The notes beneath the pieces were generated by a model, which had not been told where the DNA came from, did not search any database, and saw only the letters and a list, made by a program, of their open reading frames with translations. Shown here one piece after another: positions 9,095-16,700 of a stretch of 26,391 nucleotides of DNA (positions within the stretch are counted from its first letter, which is position 1; each line of letters opens with the position of its first letter). Origin of the DNA: Candidatus Limnocylindrales bacterium (GTDB lineage: Bacteria; Chloroflexota; Limnocylindria; Limnocylindrales; CSP1-4). Location of the stretch: contig JBIOID010000001.1 in the NCBI GenBank assembly GCA_044449585.1, forward strand, positions 1 through 26,391, written 5' to 3'. The translations under genes and the position numbers were made by a program.

Positions 9095-9114
9095 GTCGCC
9101 GGGTACCCGGCGAC
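9095..9114. repeat. Perfect 20-bp palindrome GTCGCCGGGTACCCGGCGAC downstream of the DUF389 gene (possible terminator or structured leader)
   Basis: Self-complementary over all 20 nt, starting 12 nt after the stop codon. No U-tract. Confidence 0.5.
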
Positions 9115-9218
9115 CCAGATCGTCTGACCTGACCGGGAGGTCCGGTCGATGACGGGCCGTTCGACTCTGGCGCCGCCCTGACGGCAGCCTCACGCTGACC
9201 ACACAGAAGGAGGCGCTC

Positions 9219-9620
9219 ATGCCTGTCACCACCCCGCCCGTCACCACTCCGTTCGACGAGGACATCCTCGCCCGCGCCATGGGCAACGTGTACTTCCGCG
9301 AAGTCGTCTCGACCGGCCCGCACGCCCAGGTCGTCGTGATGAGCATCCCGCCCGGGGGCGAGATCGGCGAGGAGGTCCATGCCGACGTCGACCAGGTCCT
9401 GGTCTTCGTCGCCGGCACCGGCGTGGCCATGCTCGAGGGTCAGCGCCGCGCGGTGTCCCCCGGGTTCCTCGTCCATGTCCCGGCTGGCACCCGTCACAAC
9501 TTCGTCAATGAGGGGCTGGTCGACCTCAAGCTCTACACGGTGTACGCGCCACCCGAGCACGCGCCGGGCACGATCCACCGGACCAAGGCCGAGGCCGACG
9601 CGGACGAAGGGCATCGCTGA
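9219..9620 (+). CDS. Cupin-domain protein, 133 aa
   Basis: FREVVSTGPHAQVVVMSIPPGGEIGEEVH...DQVLVFVAG...VPAGTRHNFVN...LYTVYAPPEH. RBS AAGGAGG. Confidence 0.92.
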   Translation: MPVTTPPVTTPFDEDILARAMGNVYFREVVSTGPHAQVVVMSIPPGGEIGEEVHADVDQVLVFVAGTGVAMLEGQRRAVSPGFLVHVPAGTRHNFVNEGLVDLKLYTVYAPPEHAPGTIHRTKAEADADEGHR

Positions 9621-9761
9621 GGCTCACCGCGGACCCGGGTCCGCCGATCGGTCCCGGCTTGGGCCGCCGCTGGGCCGCAGGCCAGCGGGCGGCCGGTCGT
9701 CATGGAGTCGTCAGGCGGCCTGGCTACACTTGCAGGGTGGACCCCATGCGACGACCGGTCT

Positions 9762-10430
9762 ATGCGTCTGCTCGTCGCTGAGGATGACCTGCGGCTTCGC
9801 TCCGTCCTGATCCGGGGGCTGGAGGCGCACGGATACGTCGTCGACGCGGTGACCAGTGGCCAGGAGGCCCTCGATTACCTGCGTTTCTACGACCCGGCCG
9901 TGATCATCCTCGACTGGAGGATGCCCGGCCTGACCGGCCTCGAAGTCCTCGGGCGGATGCGGGCCCAGGGCCGGTCGACAGCGGTCCTGATGCTGACGGC
10001 CCGTGACGCGCCAGTGGACCGCGTCACGGGTCTCGACGCGGGTGCCGACGACTACCTCGTCAAACCCTTCGACTTCGACGAGTTGCTGGCGCGCATCCGC
10101 GCTCTCCTGCGGCGGCCCGGGAGCCCGGATGCGCGGCTGCTGCGGCGTGGTGCCTTGACCCTGGACCCGGCCACGCGACAGGTGACTTCGGCAGCCGGGG
10201 CGCTCCACCTGACGCACATCGAGTTCGCCATCCTCGAGGTGCTCATGCTGCGCGCTCCTGCGGTCGTGGAGCGGGCACAGATCGCACAACATGCGTGGAA
10301 GGACGAGACCACCCCGCTCGGTTCGAACGTCATCGACGTTCGGATGGCGCGCCTGCGCGCCAAACTCGCCGACTCCGGCGTCCACATCGTCACCGTGCGC
10401 GGGTCCGGCTACCGCCTGGCTGCGACGTGA
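9762..10430 (+). CDS. OmpR-family response regulator (module A), 222 aa
   Basis: MRLLVAEDD, ILDWRMPG (phosphoacceptor Asp), LMLTARD, GADDYLVKPF and a C-terminal winged helix TVRGSGY. Confidence 0.95.
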   Translation: MRLLVAEDDLRLRSVLIRGLEAHGYVVDAVTSGQEALDYLRFYDPAVIILDWRMPGLTGLEVLGRMRAQGRSTAVLMLTARDAPVDRVTGLDAGADDYLVKPFDFDELLARIRALLRRPGSPDARLLRRGALTLDPATRQVTSAAGALHLTHIEFAILEVLMLRAPAVVERAQIAQHAWKDETTPLGSNVIDVRMARLRAKLADSGVHIVTVRGSGYRLAAT

Positions 10431-11722
10431 GGCGTTCGCTGGGGCACGTGCTACACGATCGACCGACCCGCGTGGCGGCCGCCGCCACCATGCTCGTCGG
10501 CGCGCTGTACGTCGGGTTGGCCCTGACCGTGGTTGCGATCGTCCAGCGAAACCTCTTCGATGCCATCGACCAGCGGTTATCGGCGGAGATCCAGGCCACG
10601 AGCCAGCGCGCCGATGCCGCGACGTTCGTGCCTGGACAGGAGACGAACGACTCTGACGACAGTCACCGCTTCGATGCGCCCCTGCTGGTCTGGCTCGTGC
10701 GCCCCGAGGGCACGGTGGATGCGAGCGCCCTCGCCCCGGGCCTCCCGACCGAGTTCCTGCGCGTCGCGCAACCGACGACCGCCATCATCGCCGGAACGAC
10801 GCTTCGCCTGGCCGGGGGGCCCATGCCAGACGGTTGGCTGGTGATCGGCCAGTCGACCGCCCAGGCCGCCAGCGCGCTCGGCACCGTCGTGCTGGCAGAG
10901 GTGCTGGTCGCTCCGGTCCTGCTGGCGATGGTCTTCATCGGGACGCTCATGGTCGGGCGGCGGGTCGCGGCCCCACTGGAGCGCGCTCGGCGGCGACAAC
11001 TCGATTTCACCGCCGATGCCTCCCATGAGCTGCGCACGCCCTTGACGGTCATCGAGGCGGAGACATCCCTCGCCCTGGGCTCGCAACGAGATGCGGAGGA
11101 GGATCAGGGCACGTTCGAGCGGGTCCATGCGGAAAGCCTGCACCTGCGCCGGATGGTGGATGACATGCTGTGGCTCGCTCGCTTCGACGCGGCCCCTGCG
11201 CCGCCCGACGCTGTGCCCGTCGACCTCGGTACCCTGGCCACCACGGCGGCGGAGCGGTTCCGCGCGGTCTGCGAACAGCGGGGGCTGCATCTTGCCACGG
11301 CCGCCGGACCCGGCAACACCGTCATCGTGGCACCGCCCGAATGGCTGACCCGCCTGGTCGGCGTGCTGGTCGACAACGCCACGAAGTACGCGTCGAGGGG
11401 CGGGCATGTCTCCGTGCGTGTGGCCGCGGTGGGTAGCCGCGTCCAGCTGGCCGTGGAGGACGATGGGCCAGGCATCCCGGCGGACCAGCGGGGACGGGTC
11501 CTCGACCGCTTCCACCGCGCGACGGACGAGCCGGTCGGAGCTGGCCTGGGGCTCTCCATCGCCGACGCCGTCGTCCACGCGTCCGGTGGTCGGTGGGAGA
11601 TCGGTGACGCCCCCAGTGGCGGCGCGCGCATGGCGGTGTCGTGGCCCCGAGCACCAGGTGGCGCGGGCGAATGGAAAGGGTCCGAACGGGCCGACCTGGC
11701 CGAAGGATCGGACCAGGGCTGA
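10427..11722 (+). CDS. Sensor histidine kinase (module A), 431 aa
   Basis: GTGA overlap with the RR stop. Two TM helices, H-box ADASHELRTP, N-box LVDNATKY, G1 DDGPGIP, G2 GAGLGLSI. Confidence 0.95.
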   Translation: MRRSLGHVLHDRPTRVAAAATMLVGALYVGLALTVVAIVQRNLFDAIDQRLSAEIQATSQRADAATFVPGQETNDSDDSHRFDAPLLVWLVRPEGTVDASALAPGLPTEFLRVAQPTTAIIAGTTLRLAGGPMPDGWLVIGQSTAQAASALGTVVLAEVLVAPVLLAMVFIGTLMVGRRVAAPLERARRRQLDFTADASHELRTPLTVIEAETSLALGSQRDAEEDQGTFERVHAESLHLRRMVDDMLWLARFDAAPAPPDAVPVDLGTLATTAAERFRAVCEQRGLHLATAAGPGNTVIVAPPEWLTRLVGVLVDNATKYASRGGHVSVRVAAVGSRVQLAVEDDGPGIPADQRGRVLDRFHRATDEPVGAGLGLSIADAVVHASGGRWEIGDAPSGGARMAVSWPRAPGGAGEWKGSERADLAEGSDQG

Positions 11723-11839
11723 GTCGCTCTGACCGCCGGGACCTCATTTCGGCTGTAGCCACCTGTCCCAAGCATGACGACGCACGACCGGGCTTGACTA
11801 AACCGCGATGAAGGCTTCTTAACGTCGCCCCCGACCCCA

Positions 11840-11869
11840 TTGACGCTCGCGATACAGCATGGCTAGCGT
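11840..11869 (+). promoter_or_regulatory. Putative sigma70-type promoter TTGACG-N18-TAGCGT
   Basis: -35 at 11840-11845 and -10 at 11864-11869, upstream of the beta-propeller gene. Same architecture as the 6626 promoter. Confidence 0.5.
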
Positions 11870-11908
11870 CGGCCTGTGCAGAGATCCAGGCGCTTCGATG
11901 GCCGTCAC

Positions 11909-13066
11909 ATGGCCCGCCGCGTCGACGGCCCGCGATGGCGCCGCGGTGTCCGGCGGAGGTTCGCGGCGGGCGGAGCAGGCGCCGGCGTCGTCCTCGTCGC
12001 ATTCGCCCTCCTTGGGGGCCAGCGCGCCACGACGCCGAGCAGCGACAGCCTTACCGCCCGCAGCACCGCCCCGCCCGTCCTTTCGACCGCGGTCCCGTCC
12101 GTGGATCTGGCCGCCAGTACGTCGCCGACTTCCACCCGCCCGTCGGCGGCACCCATCGCGAGCGGTGTGTTCGCGGGCGACCTGCTCATCGCCGACCGCG
12201 GGAACGGCCGCATCCTGATCGTCAACGCAGCGGACCAGATCCTCTGGCGCTTCCCGGTCGCCGGCAGTCTGCCGCCCGGACAGACGTTCAGCGCCGACGA
12301 CGCCTTCCTCTCACCGGATGGGCGCACGATCTCCGCCAACGAGGAGATGCGCCAGGTCCTCGTGCGTATCGACATCGCGAGTCGTCGCATCGTCTGGGAA
12401 TACGGCCACTACGGGCGCGCCGGGGCGGGCGCCGGGTACCTCGACACGCCCGACGATGCGTACCCGATGGCGAACGGGGACGTGACCGTGGCCGACATCT
12501 TCAATTGCCGCATCCTTGAGATCGCCCCCGACAAGCAGGTGGTCCGTCAATGGGGCCACACCGGCATCTGTCGCGACGCCCCGCCGTACAGCTACGACCA
12601 GCCCAACGGTGACACCCCGCTGCCGGATGGCGGTCTGCTCATCACCGAGATCCGCGGCTCGCGGGTCGTGCGCCTCGACTCGGCCGGTCGGGTCGTCTTC
12701 GACATCCACGTCCCCGTCAGCTATCCCTCTGATGCGCAGCTCGACGCCGCCGGCAACGTCATCGTCGCGGACTATTCCGCCCCCGGTGCGGTGGTGAAGA
12801 TGTCACCGACTGGCCACCTCCTGTGGCTATACGGCCCGCGAACGGGCCCGGGGCGACTCGATCACCCGAGCCTGGCCGTGCCGCTGCCCGACGGGACGAT
12901 CTTGCTGAACGACGACTTCCGCCACCGCGTGATCATCATCGACCCGCGAACCGACGCTATCGTCTGGCAATACGGTCGCTCAGATGCGCCGGGCCGGTCG
13001 TCTGGACGGCTGAACACGCCCGACGGGATAAACCTTGTGCCAGCGGGCAGCATCGTTGGCATCTGA
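11909..13066 (+). CDS. Membrane-anchored or secreted beta-propeller protein (NHL / PQQ-like / arylsulfotransferase-like repeats), about 385 aa
   Basis: Arg-rich N-terminus, hydrophobic helix and S/T/P linker. About six repeats (ADDAFLSPDG, PDDAYPMANG, PNGDTPLPDG, PSDAQLDAAGN, PSLAVPLPDG, PDGINLVP), each followed by D..R.v.i and ivWqYG strands. Confidence 0.8.
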   Translation: MARRVDGPRWRRGVRRRFAAGGAGAGVVLVAFALLGGQRATTPSSDSLTARSTAPPVLSTAVPSVDLAASTSPTSTRPSAAPIASGVFAGDLLIADRGNGRILIVNAADQILWRFPVAGSLPPGQTFSADDAFLSPDGRTISANEEMRQVLVRIDIASRRIVWEYGHYGRAGAGAGYLDTPDDAYPMANGDVTVADIFNCRILEIAPDKQVVRQWGHTGICRDAPPYSYDQPNGDTPLPDGGLLITEIRGSRVVRLDSAGRVVFDIHVPVSYPSDAQLDAAGNVIVADYSAPGAVVKMSPTGHLLWLYGPRTGPGRLDHPSLAVPLPDGTILLNDDFRHRVIIIDPRTDAIVWQYGRSDAPGRSSGRLNTPDGINLVPAGSIVGI

Positions 13067-13128
13067 CCGTCGATCCGGGCAGGTGGGCGTCGGTCGCCCT
13101 TGTAAGGGATTCGACAGCTTCCTTCCTC

Positions 13129-13134
13129 TAGGCT
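13129..13134 (+). promoter_or_regulatory. Putative -10 element TAGGCT, 7 nt before the apbE ATG (leaderless transcript candidate)
   Basis: TANNNT hexamer at the usual leaderless spacing from ATG 13142. No Shine-Dalgarno sequence in front of the ATG. Confidence 0.4.
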
Positions 13135-13141
13135 GCCCCGG

Positions 13142-14113
13142 ATGCTCGCAACCTCGACCGACGCCCGGGCGACCGCGATGAACGGCGTCGCACGTCGCAC
13201 GTGGGCCGCCCTGGGCACGACGTGCACCGTGCTGGTGACCCGGCCGGACCGCCTGGCTCCGGCCTGCGCGGCCGTGGAGGCCGAGCTGGACCTGGTCGAC
13301 GCGACGTACAGCCGGTTCCGCGCGGACTCGGAGTCGACCCGCCTCAACGGATCCGCCGGCCGGCCGACCGTCGTGAGCCCGCTCCTTGGGGAGGCGATCT
13401 CGGCCGCCCTGCAGGCCGCGCGCGTGACGGATGGAGCGGTGGATCCCACGGTCGGGCGAGCGATGCGCGCGATCGGCTACGACACGGACTTCGCCGACCT
13501 GTCCGGACGGGACGTGCCGCTGGTGCTGCGCCTGGAAGCTGTCCCCGGTTGGCGGGCCGTCGGCTTCGACGCCACCCGTCGCCTGCTGACCCTGCCGCAG
13601 GGCGTCGAGCTCGACCTGGGCTCGGTCGGCAAGGCCCTTGCCGCCGATCGGTCGGCGGCAGCGGCGCATCGTGCGATGGGCGCCGGCGGCGTGCTGGTGG
13701 GGCTGGGCGGCGACATCGCCATCGCCGGCCCGACGCCTCGATCGGGTTGGCCCGTGCTGGTCGCCGAAGACAGCCATGCCCCGTCGGATGGGCCGGGTGA
13801 GGTCCTGCGACTGACCGGCGGCGCCATCGCAACCTCGAGCACGACGGTTCGTCGGTGGGCCCAGTCGGGTCTCGCCCGCCACCACCTGGTCGATCCCGCC
13901 ACGGGTGCCCCGGTGGTCACGCCGTGGCGGAGCGCGACGGTGCTCGCCGGTTCGTGCGTGGACGCCAACACGGCCGCGACCGCGGCGATCGTCAAGGCGG
14001 ATCGCGCGGTCGAGTGGCTGGCCCGGATCGGCCTTTCCGCCCGGCTCATCGCCAACGATGGGCGCGTGCTCCGGCTCAACGGCTGGCCGTCCGGCGAGGC
14101 GGTGGCGGCGTGA
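13142..14113 (+). CDS. apbE: FAD:protein FMN transferase (ApbE family), copy A, 323 aa
   Basis: ALGT, SRFRADSE, DPTVG, ELDLGSVGKALAAD, LGGDIA, IATSST and HHLVDPATG motifs. Confidence 0.93.
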   Translation: MLATSTDARATAMNGVARRTWAALGTTCTVLVTRPDRLAPACAAVEAELDLVDATYSRFRADSESTRLNGSAGRPTVVSPLLGEAISAALQAARVTDGAVDPTVGRAMRAIGYDTDFADLSGRDVPLVLRLEAVPGWRAVGFDATRRLLTLPQGVELDLGSVGKALAADRSAAAAHRAMGAGGVLVGLGGDIAIAGPTPRSGWPVLVAEDSHAPSDGPGEVLRLTGGAIATSSTTVRRWAQSGLARHHLVDPATGAPVVTPWRSATVLAGSCVDANTAATAAIVKADRAVEWLARIGLSARLIANDGRVLRLNGWPSGEAVAA

Positions 14114-14721
14114 CTGACCAGGTGTTGTGGTTCGCCACGCGTGGGGCCGGCGCCGTGTCGCTGCTCATGCTGACGGGGGTCGTGCTGCTCGGGGTGCTCA
14201 GCGTCCACCGCTGGCAGGGCCCCTCCTGGCCCCGCTTCCTGACGGCCGGTCTGCACCGCAACCTGGCGTTGCTCTCGCTGGTCTTCCTCGCCATCCATAT
14301 CGTGACCGCAATCGTCGACCCCTTCACGGCGCTCGGCCTGGCGGCCGCCGTGGTGCCCTTCGCCTCGAGCTACCGACCGCTATGGGTCGGCGTCGGGGTC
14401 ATCGCCTTCGACTTGCTCCTTGCGCTGGTCGTGACGAGCCTCGTGCGAGCCCGGCTGGGCCACCGGACCTGGCGGGCCATCCACTGGGTCGCGTATGCCA
14501 TGTGGCCCCTGGCCCTCGCCCATGGCATCGGCAGCGGGTCTGACAACCTGGCACCGTGGATGCTGGCGCTCGACGTCCTGTGCGTGACCGTGGTCAGCGT
14601 CGCGATCGTCTTGCGGGTCCTGATCGTCCGAGCGGGCAGTCCTGACGAACTGCAGCGTGTGGTCGAATCCGGCGTGGCCGAGACGACCGCGACGGGCCTG
14701 CCGTGGGAGGTCGGGCGATGA
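14110..14721 (+). CDS. Ferric-reductase-like / MsrQ-like di-heme b membrane cytochrome, copy A, 203 aa
   Basis: GTGA overlap with apbE. About five TM helices and two His pairs, LHRNLALLSLVFLAIH (i, i+14) and IHWVAYAMWPLALAH (i, i+13), followed by GIGSGSD. Confidence 0.9.
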   Translation: MTDQVLWFATRGAGAVSLLMLTGVVLLGVLSVHRWQGPSWPRFLTAGLHRNLALLSLVFLAIHIVTAIVDPFTALGLAAAVVPFASSYRPLWVGVGVIAFDLLLALVVTSLVRARLGHRTWRAIHWVAYAMWPLALAHGIGSGSDNLAPWMLALDVLCVTVVSVAIVLRVLIVRAGSPDELQRVVESGVAETTATGLPWEVGR

Positions 14722-15962
14722 CTCGGCCACTCCAGGCACCACGGCTCCTCGCCGGGCCGGCCCTTGCCGCGGGGGCCGAACCCTTCCCTGATCACCAGGC
14801 GCGTCTGGGCCCCTTGCCCAGCTGGCGGGATGGAGCGCTCATCCCGGTCCTCGACGCCAGTGGCTTGAGCGGCCGCGGCGGAGCCGGCTTCCCGGTCGGC
14901 CGCAAATGGCGAGCGGTGGCCGATGCCGCCGGCGACTGGCCCGTCGTCCTGGTGAACGGAGCGGAGGGCGAGCCGCTGAGCGCCAAGGATCGCGCCCTGA
15001 TGGCCACACGGCCGCACCTGATCCTCGACGGCGCCCTGCTGGCGGCTGAAGCGGTCGCGGCGGAGCGGATCATCCTCTACGTCGGCGACGCACATCGGGC
15101 CGCGCGAGCGGCACTGGGCCGCGCCATCGTCGAACGAGGCCCCGCCGCCCAGGGCCGTTTCCGACTCGTCGCCGCTCCGGATCGCTACGTGGCCGGCGAG
15201 GAGTCAGCCGCGGTCCATTTCATCGACACCGGTGACGCCCGACCGGTGACCGTCCCACCCAGGCCATTCGAGCGGGGGGTCGGGGGCCGGCCGACCCTGG
15301 TCCAGAACGTCGAGACCCTGGCGCACGTCGCGCTCATCGCCCGATACGGTGACGCCTGGTACCGGGCGGCCGGTCCCGACGCGGCCCCGGGTACCGCGCT
15401 GGTCACGACGAGCGGCCCGGGGCGCCAGACGATGGTCCATGAGATCGACTTCGGGGAGACGATCGGTACGGTCGGCCAGCGGTTGGGGACACAGGCGGCC
15501 GACGTCCAGGCCGTTCTCATCGGTGGCTACTTCGGCGGTTGGATGGCTGGGTCGCGGGCGTGGTCGCAGCCCCTCGACCCGCTGAAGCTGCGCGAACAGG
15601 GGGTCGGATTCGGCTGCGGCGTGATCTCGTTCCTGGACCACGAGACATGCGGCGTGGATGTGGCTGCCCAGGTCATGGGCTACATGGCGGGCCAGAGCGC
15701 CGCCCAGTGCGGACCGTGCGTCTTCGGCCTGCGTGCGATCGCCGACGCCACCCTCCGCCTGGCCGGGGGCCGGGCGCAGGGCGATGATCTCGCTCGCCTC
15801 GAGCGGTGGATCGGGCAGCTGCGTGGACGGGGTGCCTGCCGTCATCCCGACGGCGCGGTCAACCATCTGGCCAGTGCCATGCACGTGTTCGGTGATGAGT
15901 TCCGGCTCCACCAGGTGCGCCGCACCTGCTCGCGCCGTGTGCGGGCCGAGCGCATCTCGTGA
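14718..15962 (+). CDS. Stand-alone NuoF-like (complex I 51-kDa family) FMN/NADH-binding Fe-S protein, 414 aa
   Basis: SGLSGRGGAGFP.GRKW, NGAEGEP.SAKDR, YVAGEESA, QNVETLA and a C-terminal QSAAQCGPC...GACRHPDG. ATGA overlap. No other nuo genes nearby. Confidence 0.9.
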   Translation: MTRPLQAPRLLAGPALAAGAEPFPDHQARLGPLPSWRDGALIPVLDASGLSGRGGAGFPVGRKWRAVADAAGDWPVVLVNGAEGEPLSAKDRALMATRPHLILDGALLAAEAVAAERIILYVGDAHRAARAALGRAIVERGPAAQGRFRLVAAPDRYVAGEESAAVHFIDTGDARPVTVPPRPFERGVGGRPTLVQNVETLAHVALIARYGDAWYRAAGPDAAPGTALVTTSGPGRQTMVHEIDFGETIGTVGQRLGTQAADVQAVLIGGYFGGWMAGSRAWSQPLDPLKLREQGVGFGCGVISFLDHETCGVDVAAQVMGYMAGQSAAQCGPCVFGLRAIADATLRLAGGRAQGDDLARLERWIGQLRGRGACRHPDGAVNHLASAMHVFGDEFRLHQVRRTCSRRVRAERIS

Positions 15963-16228
15963 GCGGCGCGCAGCCGATGCAGCTTGCGGTGGACCGCATC
16001 CGCTGCGACGGATCGGCGCTCTGTGCGGAGATCCTGCCGGAGCTGATCAGCCTCGACGACTGGGGTTACCCGATCCTCTTGGCCGCACCGGTGCCGAACC
16101 ACCTGCTGGACCTCGCTCGACAGGCCGTCGATGCCTGTCCGGTGCTGGCCCTGCGGCTGCAGGGCACCGTCAACAACCCTGGATCAGGTACGCAGACGGC
16201 CCGCGCCGCCCGGGTCCGGGCCCGCTGA
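15959..16228 (+). CDS. Monocluster ferredoxin, probably [3Fe-4S] (CxxSxxC...CP), 89 aa
   Basis: VDRIRCDGSALCAEILPE...GYP...AVDACPVLAL. GTGA overlap with the NuoF-like gene, with an alternative ATG at 15977. Confidence 0.88.
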   Translation: MSGAQPMQLAVDRIRCDGSALCAEILPELISLDDWGYPILLAAPVPNHLLDLARQAVDACPVLALRLQGTVNNPGSGTQTARAARVRAR

Positions 16229-16289
16229 CCGTGGCACGTCCGAACGGTCTTTGTGCGGTCGTAACGTGGCTGCGGCTGCTCTTGCGCAC

Positions 16290-16667
16290 ATGAACCAGCG
16301 ATCACGACGAGCCGCCCGATCACCCGCCGCGTATGCACGCGATGCGGGGCTGCGCCGTCTGCATGAGCTGACCGTGGCTGCGGCCGTGCTCGGCGCGACC
16401 GGGACGGTCGTGCTGGGCGGGGCGGCGGCGGTCACCTACGCGGGGCATGCCAGCCCCAGCAGCACGCCCGTCGAGCAGGGTGCCGCCACCGATCCCGGCG
16501 CGACGGGTCCGACCGGGTCGACGCCGACCACCCCTCCGGCGACCAGCGGCGGTCAACACCACAACCACAGCTCTTCGTCGGGGTCTCTCGGGCAGGTCCC
16601 GCCGCCGGTCACGAACGTGAGGCCGGGCAACCCTGGCTCGGGCCTCATCACCTCCGGAGGCTCGTAG
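16290..16667 (+). CDS. Small single-TM protein with a disordered S/T/G/P tail ending ITSGGS, 125 aa. Candidate flavinylation substrate.
   Basis: ATG at 16290, Arg-rich n-region with LRRL, hydrophobic helix VAAAVLGATGTVVLGGAAAV and a low-complexity tail. A -10-like TAACGT lies at 16262-16267. Confidence 0.75.
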   Translation: MNQRSRRAARSPAAYARDAGLRRLHELTVAAAVLGATGTVVLGGAAAVTYAGHASPSSTPVEQGAATDPGATGPTGSTPTTPPATSGGQHHNHSSSSGSLGQVPPPVTNVRPGNPGSGLITSGGS

Positions 16668-16680
16668 GGCCCGCGCAGGA

Positions 16681-16700
16681 CCGTTTCGGCCCAAACGCGG
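16681..16700. terminator. Possible bidirectional terminator hairpin between the convergent modules
   Basis: CCGTTT-cggccc-AAACGCGG imperfect stem in the 33-nt gap between convergent stop codons. No clear U-tract. Confidence 0.3.

Noticed and set aside
14718-15962. Calling this nuoF of respiratory complex I
   Set aside because: No other nuo genes are present, the N3 motif is altered, and the context is an apbE/cytochrome operon. I withheld the gene symbol.
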